Source: Eubacteriales bacterium
Lineage (GTDB): Bacteria > Bacillota > Clostridia > Oscillospirales > SIG627
Direction of reading: 5' to 3'
DNA length: 60,460 nt
Assembly (NCBI GenBank): GCA_045594565.1
Contig: JAZNYT010000121.1
Location: 1 to 60,460, forward strand
Below, piece after piece: positions 17,717-26,643 of the stretch; position 1 is the first letter of the stretch; every line of letters begins with the position of its first letter. The notes under the pieces are model-generated. The model was given only the letters and a program-made list of their open reading frames with translations. It was not told the DNA's origin and ran no database searches. A program made the translations under genes and the position numbers.

Positions 17717-19820
17717 TTACTTCTTAAACTTAGCAAGAACAACCTTTGACTCGTTTGTAAGCTTAGCTGTGTAATGCTCGTCTGCTGAAATAACGGTAGT
17801 TTTAGCGAGAATATCTCTGTCGTCTTCGACCTCAACGTTTCGCTTCATGTAAATTGTAATAGCCGCATCTTCGGGAGCAACGCCGTCAGCTTCTGGGGCT
17901 TCGTTGGGGTCTGCCTTTGCAACAACAACGATAGGATTAAGCCAGTTTCCTGCTCCGTCGTCCTTTACCTTCTTGGACTTAACGACCTGACAGCCTGCAA
18001 TCTTACCGATAACGCCGTTCATGACAACGTCAAGAGGATATTTGTCCTTAGACTTGAAATTATCGTCAAGAAGAAGTGTTTCTTCCTGAAGAGGGTGGAT
18101 ATAGATAACTTTTTCCATTCCCTCGTCAACTTCGTCTTCAAATTTAGTGTTAGCTTTAACAACGCCGTCATAAGAAATAGCTCCTGCACTTCCGTCATAA
18201 ATAAGAGAAGCCTTGCAAAGTTCCTCATAACAGTCGGTATCTACCTTTGCACCTATAGACATTGTAATCTGTCTTGTTGCTTCGCCGATAGGGTCGCCGT
18301 AGCCCGAAAGAACGGACTCGTCTGTAATTTCTACCGCCTTACCCGCTTTCTTTACAGTTGCCTGTGTGCTGGAAGCGGTAAGAACAGTGGTACCCATAGC
18401 CACACCTTCAGCCACGTCCTCAGCATCGCCGATATCATTTATATTCATGTAAGTTCGCTACTCCTTACACCGCTCTTTTACGAACCGCTATATATCACTA
18501 TATAGATTAGACTATATCACCAACTCAATGAGTTGCCCCCCATTTCCACACGCTTGTGTGTACTCCATAAATGGATAGTCGTTGAACCTTGTTAGTCAAA
18601 AAGAAATTCATTCAAAACTTTGTTTATTTTGTCATTTCGTAAATACCAATATGGTATTCTCAACAACGGAATATTGTTTTTATTGCAAAAATCATTTTTG
18701 ATTTGGTCATGTTCAAACACCTTGTTTACTTTATACACAGACCTTGTTTCCCGATAATGTTGAATGCCATCAAATTCTATGAGTTTTTGTCTTCCGTTGA
18801 CAATGACCATAAAATCAAATGGTAAGGATAAAACATCTTTACAATTAGTAAAACGATATTGAGGTTCATACTCGAAGTTATGTTTAATCAAGTATTCTTC
18901 GATAAATAACTCACCTTTTGATTTTATGCATTTAGGACATCTTTCTGAATACAATAAATCTTTTGGTATAACTTCCCATTCATATCCGCATATATGTTTT
19001 ACACGAATCGGTGTTCTGTTATTAACATATTCACCAACAATTTGATATTTATTGGGATATTTATCGTGAATTATACTTGCAAATTTATACGTGTCTTTCA
19101 TTCCATGACAGATAGGGCAACCACTTTCTTTACTCAAGAGATTCCCGGCATTCACATAATATTCGTGATTACATTTCCTATTTCTGACATAGATTTTCGA
19201 TTTAACACCTTTGTATTCACCTAAAATGTCGATGTAATCAATATTTTTGCTTAAAAGATTTTGTGAAAAGGTTTCTTTGGTTTTAGTTTTAGATTTTGAA
19301 ATTGTTTTACCTTTGCACAAAGAACATCTTTGCCCATACAAAAGTTTTGAAGGTTTTTTGTAATCTTCGTGACCACAATCTTTATATCTAACTAACACTT
19401 TTGTGTTATTTGAAATATAATCACCTAAAACTTCAACATTATCATCGTTTAATTCTGCAATAAATTGTTCTTTTGTTTTTCTTTTTGACATATACAACAC
19501 CTCAATATATTATATCATATTTTTGACAAAATATCAATATTTAGGTATTGTAGTAACCTTGGCTGCTGATTGTCTTATAATCACGATGCATTCACTATAA
19601 GAGTTCCCAGCAATTAGAGGGGTTTTCTATGCGTGTCACCACACATAGGCACATTTGTTTATGCGTACTTAGGGATTGTGATTGTGTCACCTGCTCTGCC
19701 TGCGAGGGTGGTGTCGATGTGAGCAATAGGGCTGAACTTGATTTTCTTGGGGAGAGTTGCCGAAATCATATCCGCCATAACCTGAGGATTGATTAAATTA
19801 GCGAGTTTGGTCTGTGCCAT
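17717..19820 (-). CDS. Major capsid protein, spliced: join(19820-19661, 18435-17717), 292 aa
   Basis: Exon 1 MAQTKLANLINPQVMAD...ITIPKYA plus T joins AT ATC GGC GAT to give PKYAYIGDAEDVAEG in frame. Confidence 0.92.
18436..19660 (-). mobile_element. Group I intron (IA2-like), 1225 nt, in the capsid gene
   Basis: 5' exon ends in U with P1 U.G (GCAU/GUGC); ends in omega-G; P4 UGCUG/CAGCA; P7 GACUA/UAGUC with J8/7 GUGAUA; P7.1, P7.2, P8, P9 hairpins. Confidence 0.92.
18592..19491 (-). CDS. Intron-encoded homing endonuclease (zinc-ribbon repeats plus Vsr/EDxHD-like nuclease)
   Basis: Three C..H/CPxC repeats; C-terminal PFDF...IEFDGIQHY...HD..K..LLRIPYW; lies in the P6a loop. Confidence 0.85.
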   Translation of the reverse strand: MSKRKTKEQFIAELNDDNVEVLGDYISNNTKVLVRYKDCGHEDYKKPSKLLYGQRCSLCKGKTISKSKTKTKETFSQNLLSKNIDYIDILGEYKGVKSKIYVRNRKCNHEYYVNAGNLLSKESGCPICHGMKDTYKFASIIHDKYPNKYQIVGEYVNNRTPIRVKHICGYEWEVIPKDLLYSERCPKCIKSKGELFIEEYLIKHNFEYEPQYRFTNCKDVLSLPFDFMVIVNGRQKLIEFDGIQHYRETRSVYKVNKVFEHDQIKNDFCNKNNIPLLRIPYWYLRNDKINKVLNEFLFD

Positions 19821-19844
19821 AATTAAATTCCTTCCTTTCTGTGT

Positions 19845-20465
19845 TTACTCCTTTGATAAGGAGTCGTATAAATCTTTGTTTTCATTGTAGAGAGCCATTC
19901 TGTCTTTATAAGACATTTTGTTAAAGTTCTCTTTTGTGATTGCGGGGTCATTGTCTGAGCTTTCGCCGACTGTTGCCCCTTTCAGCTTGGGCTTTGTCTC
20001 CTTTGCTTCAAAAAGGTATGCGTCGGACTTTTTAAGTGCATCAATCTGTTCCGAAAGGCCCTTAATAGTTCCGTCCTCGGAAAGCTCGGCTTTATCAAGG
20101 TCTTTAAGAAGTGCCTTTACTGCTATGGCGTTCTTTGCTTTAGCATCTGATAAAGCACTGTCAACCGCCGTGTTGATTTTTAGCTGTTTGATTTCAGCAG
20201 CGTGTGCTTCGTCCTTAGCCTTATTGTCCGCCTGAAGCGTTGCTATTTGGTTTTTAAGCGTTTCAACGTCACCGGTAGAGTTTCTCAAGGCTTCAAGCTG
20301 TCCGTCCCTTTCCTTAACGAGTGCCTCCGCCGTGTTCTTGGCGGTGTTTACCTCATCGAAACGGGCTTTAGGAATAAATCCCTTAAGCTCCTCGAGTGAA
20401 GCCGTCTCGCACTTCTTCGCGGTGTCCTCGTCAATACCTAGTTTCACAAAGTCTTCTTTTTTCAT
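19845..20465 (-). CDS. Capsid scaffolding protein (GP20-like)
   Basis: FIPKARFDEVN, AKNAIAVKALL, directly upstream of capsid. Confidence 0.88.
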   Translation of the reverse strand: MKKEDFVKLGIDEDTAKKCETASLEELKGFIPKARFDEVNTAKNTAEALVKERDGQLEALRNSTGDVETLKNQIATLQADNKAKDEAHAAEIKQLKINTAVDSALSDAKAKNAIAVKALLKDLDKAELSEDGTIKGLSEQIDALKKSDAYLFEAKETKPKLKGATVGESSDNDPAITKENFNKMSYKDRMALYNENKDLYDSLSKE

Positions 20466-20720
20466 GGTTTATACCATCCTTTCATAATCATTTTTTGACC
20501 CGGTTCTGTCCGGTCTCTTACGTCTTGTTCTTTTTCGTCTGCAATACCAAAAAGACGAATTTATCAACATCGGCTATGAGCCGAAATATTGACCGCTGTT
20601 GCACGAAAAAAACACCCTAATTATAAAGAGGGTGCCTTAATCATAAAAAGCCGAAATATCGCAAACTGTGCGATTTGTGGGGCGTTGTGGAACACACTCG
20701 TGTGTTTTTACTGTGTTTTG

Positions 20721-21116
20721 TTAGTCTTTTAACACTTCGGGGTGTTCTGATAAATAATCTTTTATAATAGCAATATCCGATTTGATGTGTTTAAGATCAT
20801 CGTCCTTAAACAACGATTCATAATCACCTTTTTCAAAATCTTCAATGTGCCAATTAACAGCACAAGCCATAAGTGGATCTATCTCGTTATGTGACATTTG
20901 ATATAAGAAGGCTGCTATAATAAGCGCCAGCCGCTCCATTCCATTTTCCGCAAGTAAATCTTCATAAAGCCACTCCAGAACTCCTTCCGAAGCATCAATG
21001 GCGGTGCGAGTGTTGTCACTTTTTATAAGCTCATTACTCTTTCTCTCAATGCGCTCATAATAATAAGAATAACGCACTTTTAATGGAATTTTAGCAAAAG
21101 TTTCGTATGCCGCCAT
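20721..21116 (-). CDS. Putative immunity protein for the MuF toxin
   Basis: Acidic, all-helical, TAATG overlap with the toxin stop; function inferred from position. Confidence 0.65.
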   Translation of the reverse strand: MAAYETFAKIPLKVRYSYYYERIERKSNELIKSDNTRTAIDASEGVLEWLYEDLLAENGMERLALIIAAFLYQMSHNEIDPLMACAVNWHIEDFEKGDYESLFKDDDLKHIKSDIAIIKDYLSEHPEVLKD

Positions 21117-22861
21117 TATTTAACCTCTTTTCTGTTCAAGTAAGTGTTTAATCCTAAGTGGTTTTTGTTATAACCAGGCTTGCCGGAAATAATATTAACC
21201 GTAGCTTTTGGAAACATTTCTTTGAACTGTTCAACAACTCCCTGGCAACTCGCACAGATGTGTTTTTCAGATAGTATTGTAACGGTAAAAACATCATCTG
21301 GGCTCTTCTTTGTAGCAACAAACTCTAAGAACTTTGCTTCGGTATCATATTTACGGGGTGTTTTGTCATTTTTATAGGCTTTCTTAACAGTAAACTTGCA
21401 ATTACTCTGCAAAGGGACTACGGGATATTTACCAGTATACAAACTTAAATCATGCTCTCCGAGTTCACCAAATGCACTGTTTGAATAGTAAATTGTATCT
21501 TCAAACAGCATTGATGCTGAGTTTGCTCTTGTTTTCAGCCTTTCAATATCTTTCAGTATTGCTTCATCATGAATACCAGACGAATCAAAACCAAGATTTT
21601 TGGTATACCAGGCTGCATTATCAAGTTCAACTATAGTTTTAACTGGAACATTACCTTCGATCTCGTATCGGTTGACAGTTCTATATTGATATTTTAAGGT
21701 TTCATACTTCTCTTTATCATTATACTTAATTTTTATAAATTCGTCAAGGCTGTTTGGCGCTAACTCTTTTAATACGGCTTTGTATCTGTCGAACTGTTCG
21801 GCGTTACTTGATTTACCGTATATTCCGTAATTAGCATCGTTTATATATAACTCAGACCATTGCTTATAACTCATATCTCCAGGAACGTAATAGGTTTTAC
21901 CGTCAGAACGCCTTGCAGCTCTCTCGGTAAAGTTATCATCAAAGTATGGTACTGTAACCGACCTACACCATACGTGAAACGGAAAAGCCGTCAGCCCCGG
22001 CTCATATTCACTCATAGGAAAAACTTTGCCGTCCATCTCCTGACATATTTCTGACGTGTGCGAGTCAAGCGTTGCAACTATTTCATATTTTTCAACTTCA
22101 AGTTCCTTAAAGGCTTCTTTCTGTGCCACCGAGTGAAAATATGCTTCTTCGGTCATCACAAGTCGCCCTGCCTGCTTTTTGGTAACATCGAAACGCTTTG
22201 ATATTGCATTGATTGCGTCATCAGGACCTTTGCCTAAGAGACACGTCCTCGTTAACTCTTTATGCAGCACGTCAACGAGCTGGCTTCTTTGCTGCCAAAT
22301 TCTTTCCGAAAAGTTTTTGCCATCGGATGCCCAGGGCTTAGAAATTATTTTTTCAAGTTTCCTCTCATCTATCTGTGCAGGCTCCCAGCCAATGTTGAAG
22401 CCCTTTTGCATTTCAAAAATGCTGTGGTAATAATCTTCGGTATATACTCGTCTTGCGAGTTCATCGATAACATCAAGCTCATTTCCGAAAGCGACCTCAG
22501 CCGCGTTTTGCACTCGTATTTTCAGAGCTTCGAGTCTTGAAATATGAAATTTGGCAGAGGCATTTTCAAGCTCTTTTACCCAGCCACCGTTAAGAGCGTT
22601 TTCCCGACCTTTGCTGACGTACTCGTCAACGTCCCACCGAAGCTCTTTGAGTTCTTTTGCAGTCAGCTGGCGACGGGCTTCCATCATATTGACTTGTTTA
22701 TTTTTCATATATCTACCGAACCAGGCTTCAATTTCCTTTTGAATTTCCCTCTCGGCAGAAGAAAAAGCAGATTCGATTTGATGGTACGCTTTAGCACCGT
22801 ATGCATTAGACGCTTGTTCAAGTTGTATAAAACGATTTCGCCAATATTCTGATGATTTCAT
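21116..22861 (-). CDS. MuF/SPP1 gp7 minor head protein fused to a deaminase-type toxin domain
   Basis: MuF core ATLDSHTSEIC...FHVWCRS; C-terminal RKYDTEAKFLE...SEKHICASCQGVVEQF (DxE plus CxxC). Confidence 0.85.
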   Translation of the reverse strand: MKSSEYWRNRFIQLEQASNAYGAKAYHQIESAFSSAEREIQKEIEAWFGRYMKNKQVNMMEARRQLTAKELKELRWDVDEYVSKGRENALNGGWVKELENASAKFHISRLEALKIRVQNAAEVAFGNELDVIDELARRVYTEDYYHSIFEMQKGFNIGWEPAQIDERKLEKIISKPWASDGKNFSERIWQQRSQLVDVLHKELTRTCLLGKGPDDAINAISKRFDVTKKQAGRLVMTEEAYFHSVAQKEAFKELEVEKYEIVATLDSHTSEICQEMDGKVFPMSEYEPGLTAFPFHVWCRSVTVPYFDDNFTERAARRSDGKTYYVPGDMSYKQWSELYINDANYGIYGKSSNAEQFDRYKAVLKELAPNSLDEFIKIKYNDKEKYETLKYQYRTVNRYEIEGNVPVKTIVELDNAAWYTKNLGFDSSGIHDEAILKDIERLKTRANSASMLFEDTIYYSNSAFGELGEHDLSLYTGKYPVVPLQSNCKFTVKKAYKNDKTPRKYDTEAKFLEFVATKKSPDDVFTVTILSEKHICASCQGVVEQFKEMFPKATVNIISGKPGYNKNHLGLNTYLNRKEVK

Positions 22862-22910
22862 GCATTATTCCTTTTCAATGAATAATTATAAAGAAAGCAC
22901 AGTGCTTTGT

Positions 22911-23300
22911 TTATAACGCGAGTAATTTTTTCACAGTTTCTGAGTCAGTAATCTCAAATACCCATCGTTCCGATGCAAGTTCTGCCGATGATATACCGTA
23001 TAACGAAAAAGGAATGTAAACCCCGTCTTTACGAGGAATCAACATAGACAAATCAAAAGATGTTATTCCTTGCAAAATATCCTCTGGTATGCCCTTATTC
23101 ATTTGTGGGTTGGGACAAATGGCAACAGACAAATATGTGTGCTTGTAGCGGATATTATTTGCACCAATAGCAGGAACTTCAACACTGTCTTCGTAAATCT
23201 CGATGTTCGGTACCGCTTCTCCTATCATCAATCTGTTATGATGTGAAATAGCATAAATTTCACAAGATTGTCCGTTTATGGTTTTAATTAACTTTTTCAT
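22911..23300 (-). CDS. Hypothetical beta-rich protein
   Basis: GGAG RBS, clean ORF; faint tube-like motif only. Confidence 0.6.
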   Translation of the reverse strand: MKKLIKTINGQSCEIYAISHHNRLMIGEAVPNIEIYEDSVEVPAIGANNIRYKHTYLSVAICPNPQMNKGIPEDILQGITSFDLSMLIPRKDGVYIPFSLYGISSAELASERWVFEITDSETVKKLLAL

Positions 23301-23355
23301 AGTTTAATTCTCCACGTTTTGTTTTTAGTCATAATTACAGAAGAAAGCACCCGTT

Positions 23356-24039
23356 TTAGGTGCTTTCTTCAAATAGTTCAGGGTAAAATTCCCTCTCAGC
23401 CCTCTCCCGTGCTTCAATTGCTTCTTCGAGGGTATCAAAGTAGCCGAGACGATACATTTTTCCGTTTTTCTGTATTTGTGCTATGTATTTTCCGTTTGGG
23501 CTTTTACAAACTCCTGTATGTCCTGATGTGCTACTTCGTGGTCTTCGATTATTGGCTTGAGTGAAATAATCAGCCCAACGACAGTTGTCCGGAAAATACC
23601 CGCGGTCCACGTTTATACGGTCTATGGTTAAGTCATCTGAATAGCCGTGTGTCATAGCCCATTTAGAGAAGTTAATAAAGCCGTTTTCTCCAATCCACTC
23701 GTCACATACCTTTACCCCTCTCGCACCATAGTCTTTGTAGTCTTTATTGTTAGGATTATAACATCTCTGTTTCATCCCCTTATAAATATTGTATAACCTT
23801 GTTCCTTTCATTCCGTGCTTCGTTTTGGATTCTCTTGCTTGTTCTTTCAATAAACAACCACAAGATTTTGTATTGCCACTGCGAAGAGAACGACCGCAAA
23901 CAACCACTTCTTTCTGGCACTGACATCGGCAAAGCCAGAATTGATTGTGGCTTTTTATACCATCGGGTCGAGGAGCAGGCTCTATAACTGTCAGGCGACC
24001 GAATTTTTTTCCTGTTATATCCTTTGCCTTACGACCCAT
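23356..24039 (-). CDS. HNH-like endonuclease with AP2 domain
   Basis: Paralog of 845-1513; start moved to MGRKAKD after GAGGG. Confidence 0.85.
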   Translation of the reverse strand: MGRKAKDITGKKFGRLTVIEPAPRPDGIKSHNQFWLCRCQCQKEVVVCGRSLRSGNTKSCGCLLKEQARESKTKHGMKGTRLYNIYKGMKQRCYNPNNKDYKDYGARGVKVCDEWIGENGFINFSKWAMTHGYSDDLTIDRINVDRGYFPDNCRWADYFTQANNRRPRSSTSGHTGVCKSPNGKYIAQIQKNGKMYRLGYFDTLEEAIEARERAEREFYPELFEEST

Positions 24040-24173
24040 GACAAAGCCCTCTCTTTCGCTTTCATTTGACAACGCGGAGTCATTCTTTCTTGAAGTTGCC
24101 GAAGGACTTCCTTTTTCTCACTTTCGGTGAGTGTTTTCCAGAGAGTGAGGATTTCCATATCTTTTTCAAGCAT
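24015..24173 (-). CDS. Micro-ORF (WKTLTESEKKEVL family)
   Basis: [36 protein letters not shown]; overlaps the HNH start as at 1498-1647. Confidence 0.7.
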   Translation of the reverse strand: MLEKDMEILTLWKTLTESEKKEVLRQLQERMTPRCQMKAKERALSWVVRQRI

Positions 24174-24187
24174 TTCAGTCACACCCC

Positions 24188-24385
24188 TTAATAAGTCCTG
24201 TCGTATTCCTTGCACCACGCTTTTGCAGAGCCTAAATCACCAACCGAGCATTGTTCAATTCCGTTTTCGTAATTCTCGCCCTCGTCGAATACAACAAAGC
24301 AAGGAAATTCGTACCATCTCTTTTTACATTCTTCCTTAGTAAGTTCGTAAATATCATATCCGTATGCTGTTTCAATTTTTTTCAT
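24188..24385 (-). CDS. Small hypothetical protein
   Basis: GAGGGAG RBS, MKKIETAYGYDIYE. Confidence 0.65.
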   Translation of the reverse strand: MKKIETAYGYDIYELTKEECKKRWYEFPCFVVFDEGENYENGIEQCSVGDLGSAKAWCKEYDRTY

Positions 24386-24414
24386 TTTTGTTTTCTCCCT
24401 CAATGTATTTTTTC

Positions 24415-24532
24415 TTGATTTTTTTGCCTTACTGTGTTATAATGAGGGCAGGAAGCCGTAAGGCTGGCTTCTTGCCCTTTTGGGTTTTTAGTGAGTGATT
24501 ACCTTTGCAGTGGTGGGTCACTCACTATTTTT
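24415..24532 (+). ncRNA. Antisense promoter plus predicted ~85-nt sRNA
   Basis: TTGATT(24415)-17-TATAAT(24438), hairpin GGGCAGGAAGCC/GGCTTCTTGCCC, terminator TAGTGAGTGA/TCACTCACTA-TTTT. Confidence 0.55.
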
Positions 24533-24646
24533 CTATTCGCCCATAATCTTTTGAACTCTTTCACGCAGTTCTTCAAGTGTTTCGCACTTCTCAATCAATT
24601 CAAGAATTGCTCTGAGCAGTGCAAGTGTTACGTTCAACTCGTTCAT
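24533..24646 (-). CDS. Amphipathic micro-ORF, 37 aa
   Basis: GGAGAGAGAGG RBS; MNELNVTLALLRAILELIEKCETLEELRERVQKIMGE. Confidence 0.65.
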   Translation of the reverse strand: MNELNVTLALLRAILELIEKCETLEELRERVQKIMGE

Positions 24647-24831
24647 ACCTCTCTCTCCTTTCTAAAAGGCTTACTGCCTTTGCCTTACAGTTATATTATA
24701 CACTAAAAAATTGATAAAGTCAATATATTTTTGATAATTATTTCAAAATATTTTTTATTTTTTCAACATTTAATTGACAACATAGATTTTAAGGTGTATA
24801 ATAAAACAAAAAAAGAAAGGAAAATTATATA

Positions 24832-25047
24832 ATGGCATTAAGTGAAAGAATAAGAATTTTGCTAGTAAAAAGAGGAAATATCTCTGAAGCCGAACTTGCT
24901 CGTCGGTTAGACATTAGTCCTCAAAATCTTAACAACAAAATGAAGAGAGATAACTTTACAGAGAAGGATTTATCTGAAATTGCCAAAGCTTTAGACTGTA
25001 CTTTTTCGGTAACCTTTACATTAAACGATACAGGCGAAGAAGTTTAA
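24832..25047 (+). CDS. XRE-family HTH regulator
   Basis: ISEAELARRLDISPQNLNNKM; TTGACA/TATAAT promoter upstream. Confidence 0.85.
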   Translation: MALSERIRILLVKRGNISEAELARRLDISPQNLNNKMKRDNFTEKDLSEIAKALDCTFSVTFTLNDTGEEV

Positions 25048-25051
25048 TAAA

Positions 25052-26551
25052 CTACTCTTCTTCGCCCTCTCCATATTCAAACTTATTACCACCGTTATTA
25101 GAGCCGAAAGCGTTACTATATTCCGCTTCGGCTTTTTCTTTTTCCCTCTCGATACGGGCAATCTCTTCTTGAGGATTTCCTACCCACGGATGTTGAGCTA
25201 CTAACGTTTCATTTGAAAGAATGCCGACAGATTTATTTATATTGTCGATAACATCTGACTCAGATATAAGCATATCACGATTAAAAATTATATCAACACA
25301 CTCACCCTCGAAGTCTCCCACGCCTGTATTGGCGAAATGACAGTTAATGAACCACAACAGTTCTTCAAACGCAGATTGGTATTCTGTTTCCGTTCCGTTT
25401 GCATCTAACTCTATGTCGCTATACATTGACTGAATGTTCATTTGATTCATATTTCCGGAGGAAAGACGCTCATCAGTAAAATCAAAGCCCATTGCATTGC
25501 TTACAATTGCCTTTTTGAAGATTTCAAGAATTGCTTTGTAGTTTTCGGAATTGACTTCTACTTGAAGGGTTTTAAGGTCGCCCCCTGCGCCGTCAACTGT
25601 CTTAACTTTTACTGCTCCATATTGAGCGAGGTTGCGCCTGAATTCCCCAAGATTTTGACCGTCGTAATTTACGAGAACAAGGATGGTATTTCGGGTATCT
25701 TCTTCCATGTTATTTTGAAAGTTTGAAATAATAGTATTCAAGCCGTCCTGGAGCGTCTTAACCATTTTTATGAGAGGAATTTCTTTGCTATTATACTTAA
25801 ACGGAACAAGGGGAATTTTAGTCCAGTTATAGCCTGTTTCTTTCCCTTCGGAATCGGTCGTAGTAAAGTAATTTGAGAAGAAAGGCTCAACGGGCTTCAA
25901 TAAACCGCTGCCGTTTATCTCAAAATAGCTTATTCCCCTCTCGTCGTAGACTTCGACCCTCTCTACGACCTTTTCTTTTCTCTTTTCGACTACAACGACT
26001 TCGTAAAGCCTTATCGCACCGTCGAGTATCATGTGTTCGGAGTCTTTCCATAGAGGAATAATTTCATAAGGCTTGAACCTCTTGAAAGAAAGTTCTCCCC
26101 TCTCGTCGTAGTAAACGTAGAGCCAACCCAGACCACAATTAAGAGAGTCTTCACCCACTGCTTTAAGTAGACGGTGAAAACGTTTATTAAAAACGTCATT
26201 CAACGCTTTTGTGTATAGCTCGTTTTCACATTGTATGGAAAAAGGTTGCCCCAAAAGATAGTTATTCTTTTGGTCAACCATTTTCTTGTATTGATTATCA
26301 ACTATTCTGTTGTTCGGAAGGTTTTTAACCTCTTGAAGCTCTCCACCCTCGCCTATAACAGTTCTAACTCTCGTTAAAATATCGTGCTGACCGATATAGT
26401 ACTTTTCGCCGATAAACATAACGTTTCTTCGCTGCGAGATTTTGAATCGGTTAATCTCTTTTAATATGTATTGTTCATCGGTAAGTCTATCTTTGCCAAG
26501 CACAACGGCGTTTGCCAGTTTGGCGGCTTCGCTTAGAAAAAATTTGAACAT
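25052..26551 (-). CDS. Portal protein (SPP1-like)
   Basis: NNRIVDNQY, EIIPLW, IPLVPFKYN, LLWFI. Confidence 0.92.
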   Translation of the reverse strand: MFKFFLSEAAKLANAVVLGKDRLTDEQYILKEINRFKISQRRNVMFIGEKYYIGQHDILTRVRTVIGEGGELQEVKNLPNNRIVDNQYKKMVDQKNNYLLGQPFSIQCENELYTKALNDVFNKRFHRLLKAVGEDSLNCGLGWLYVYYDERGELSFKRFKPYEIIPLWKDSEHMILDGAIRLYEVVVVEKRKEKVVERVEVYDERGISYFEINGSGLLKPVEPFFSNYFTTTDSEGKETGYNWTKIPLVPFKYNSKEIPLIKMVKTLQDGLNTIISNFQNNMEEDTRNTILVLVNYDGQNLGEFRRNLAQYGAVKVKTVDGAGGDLKTLQVEVNSENYKAILEIFKKAIVSNAMGFDFTDERLSSGNMNQMNIQSMYSDIELDANGTETEYQSAFEELLWFINCHFANTGVGDFEGECVDIIFNRDMLISESDVIDNINKSVGILSNETLVAQHPWVGNPQEEIARIEREKEKAEAEYSNAFGSNNGGNKFEYGEGEEE

Positions 26552-26643
26552 TGGGTTTCACCCCTCTTTTACACTCTTAATTGCTTATACCTCTTCCCAG
26601 TAAGGGGGGGTATGTATTTATTGTTATCATACTTTGCACCTCG

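Noticed and set aside
17717-18448. 243-aa capsid starting at Met 18448
   Set aside because: That Met is inside the intron's 3' end; the real N-terminus is at 19820.
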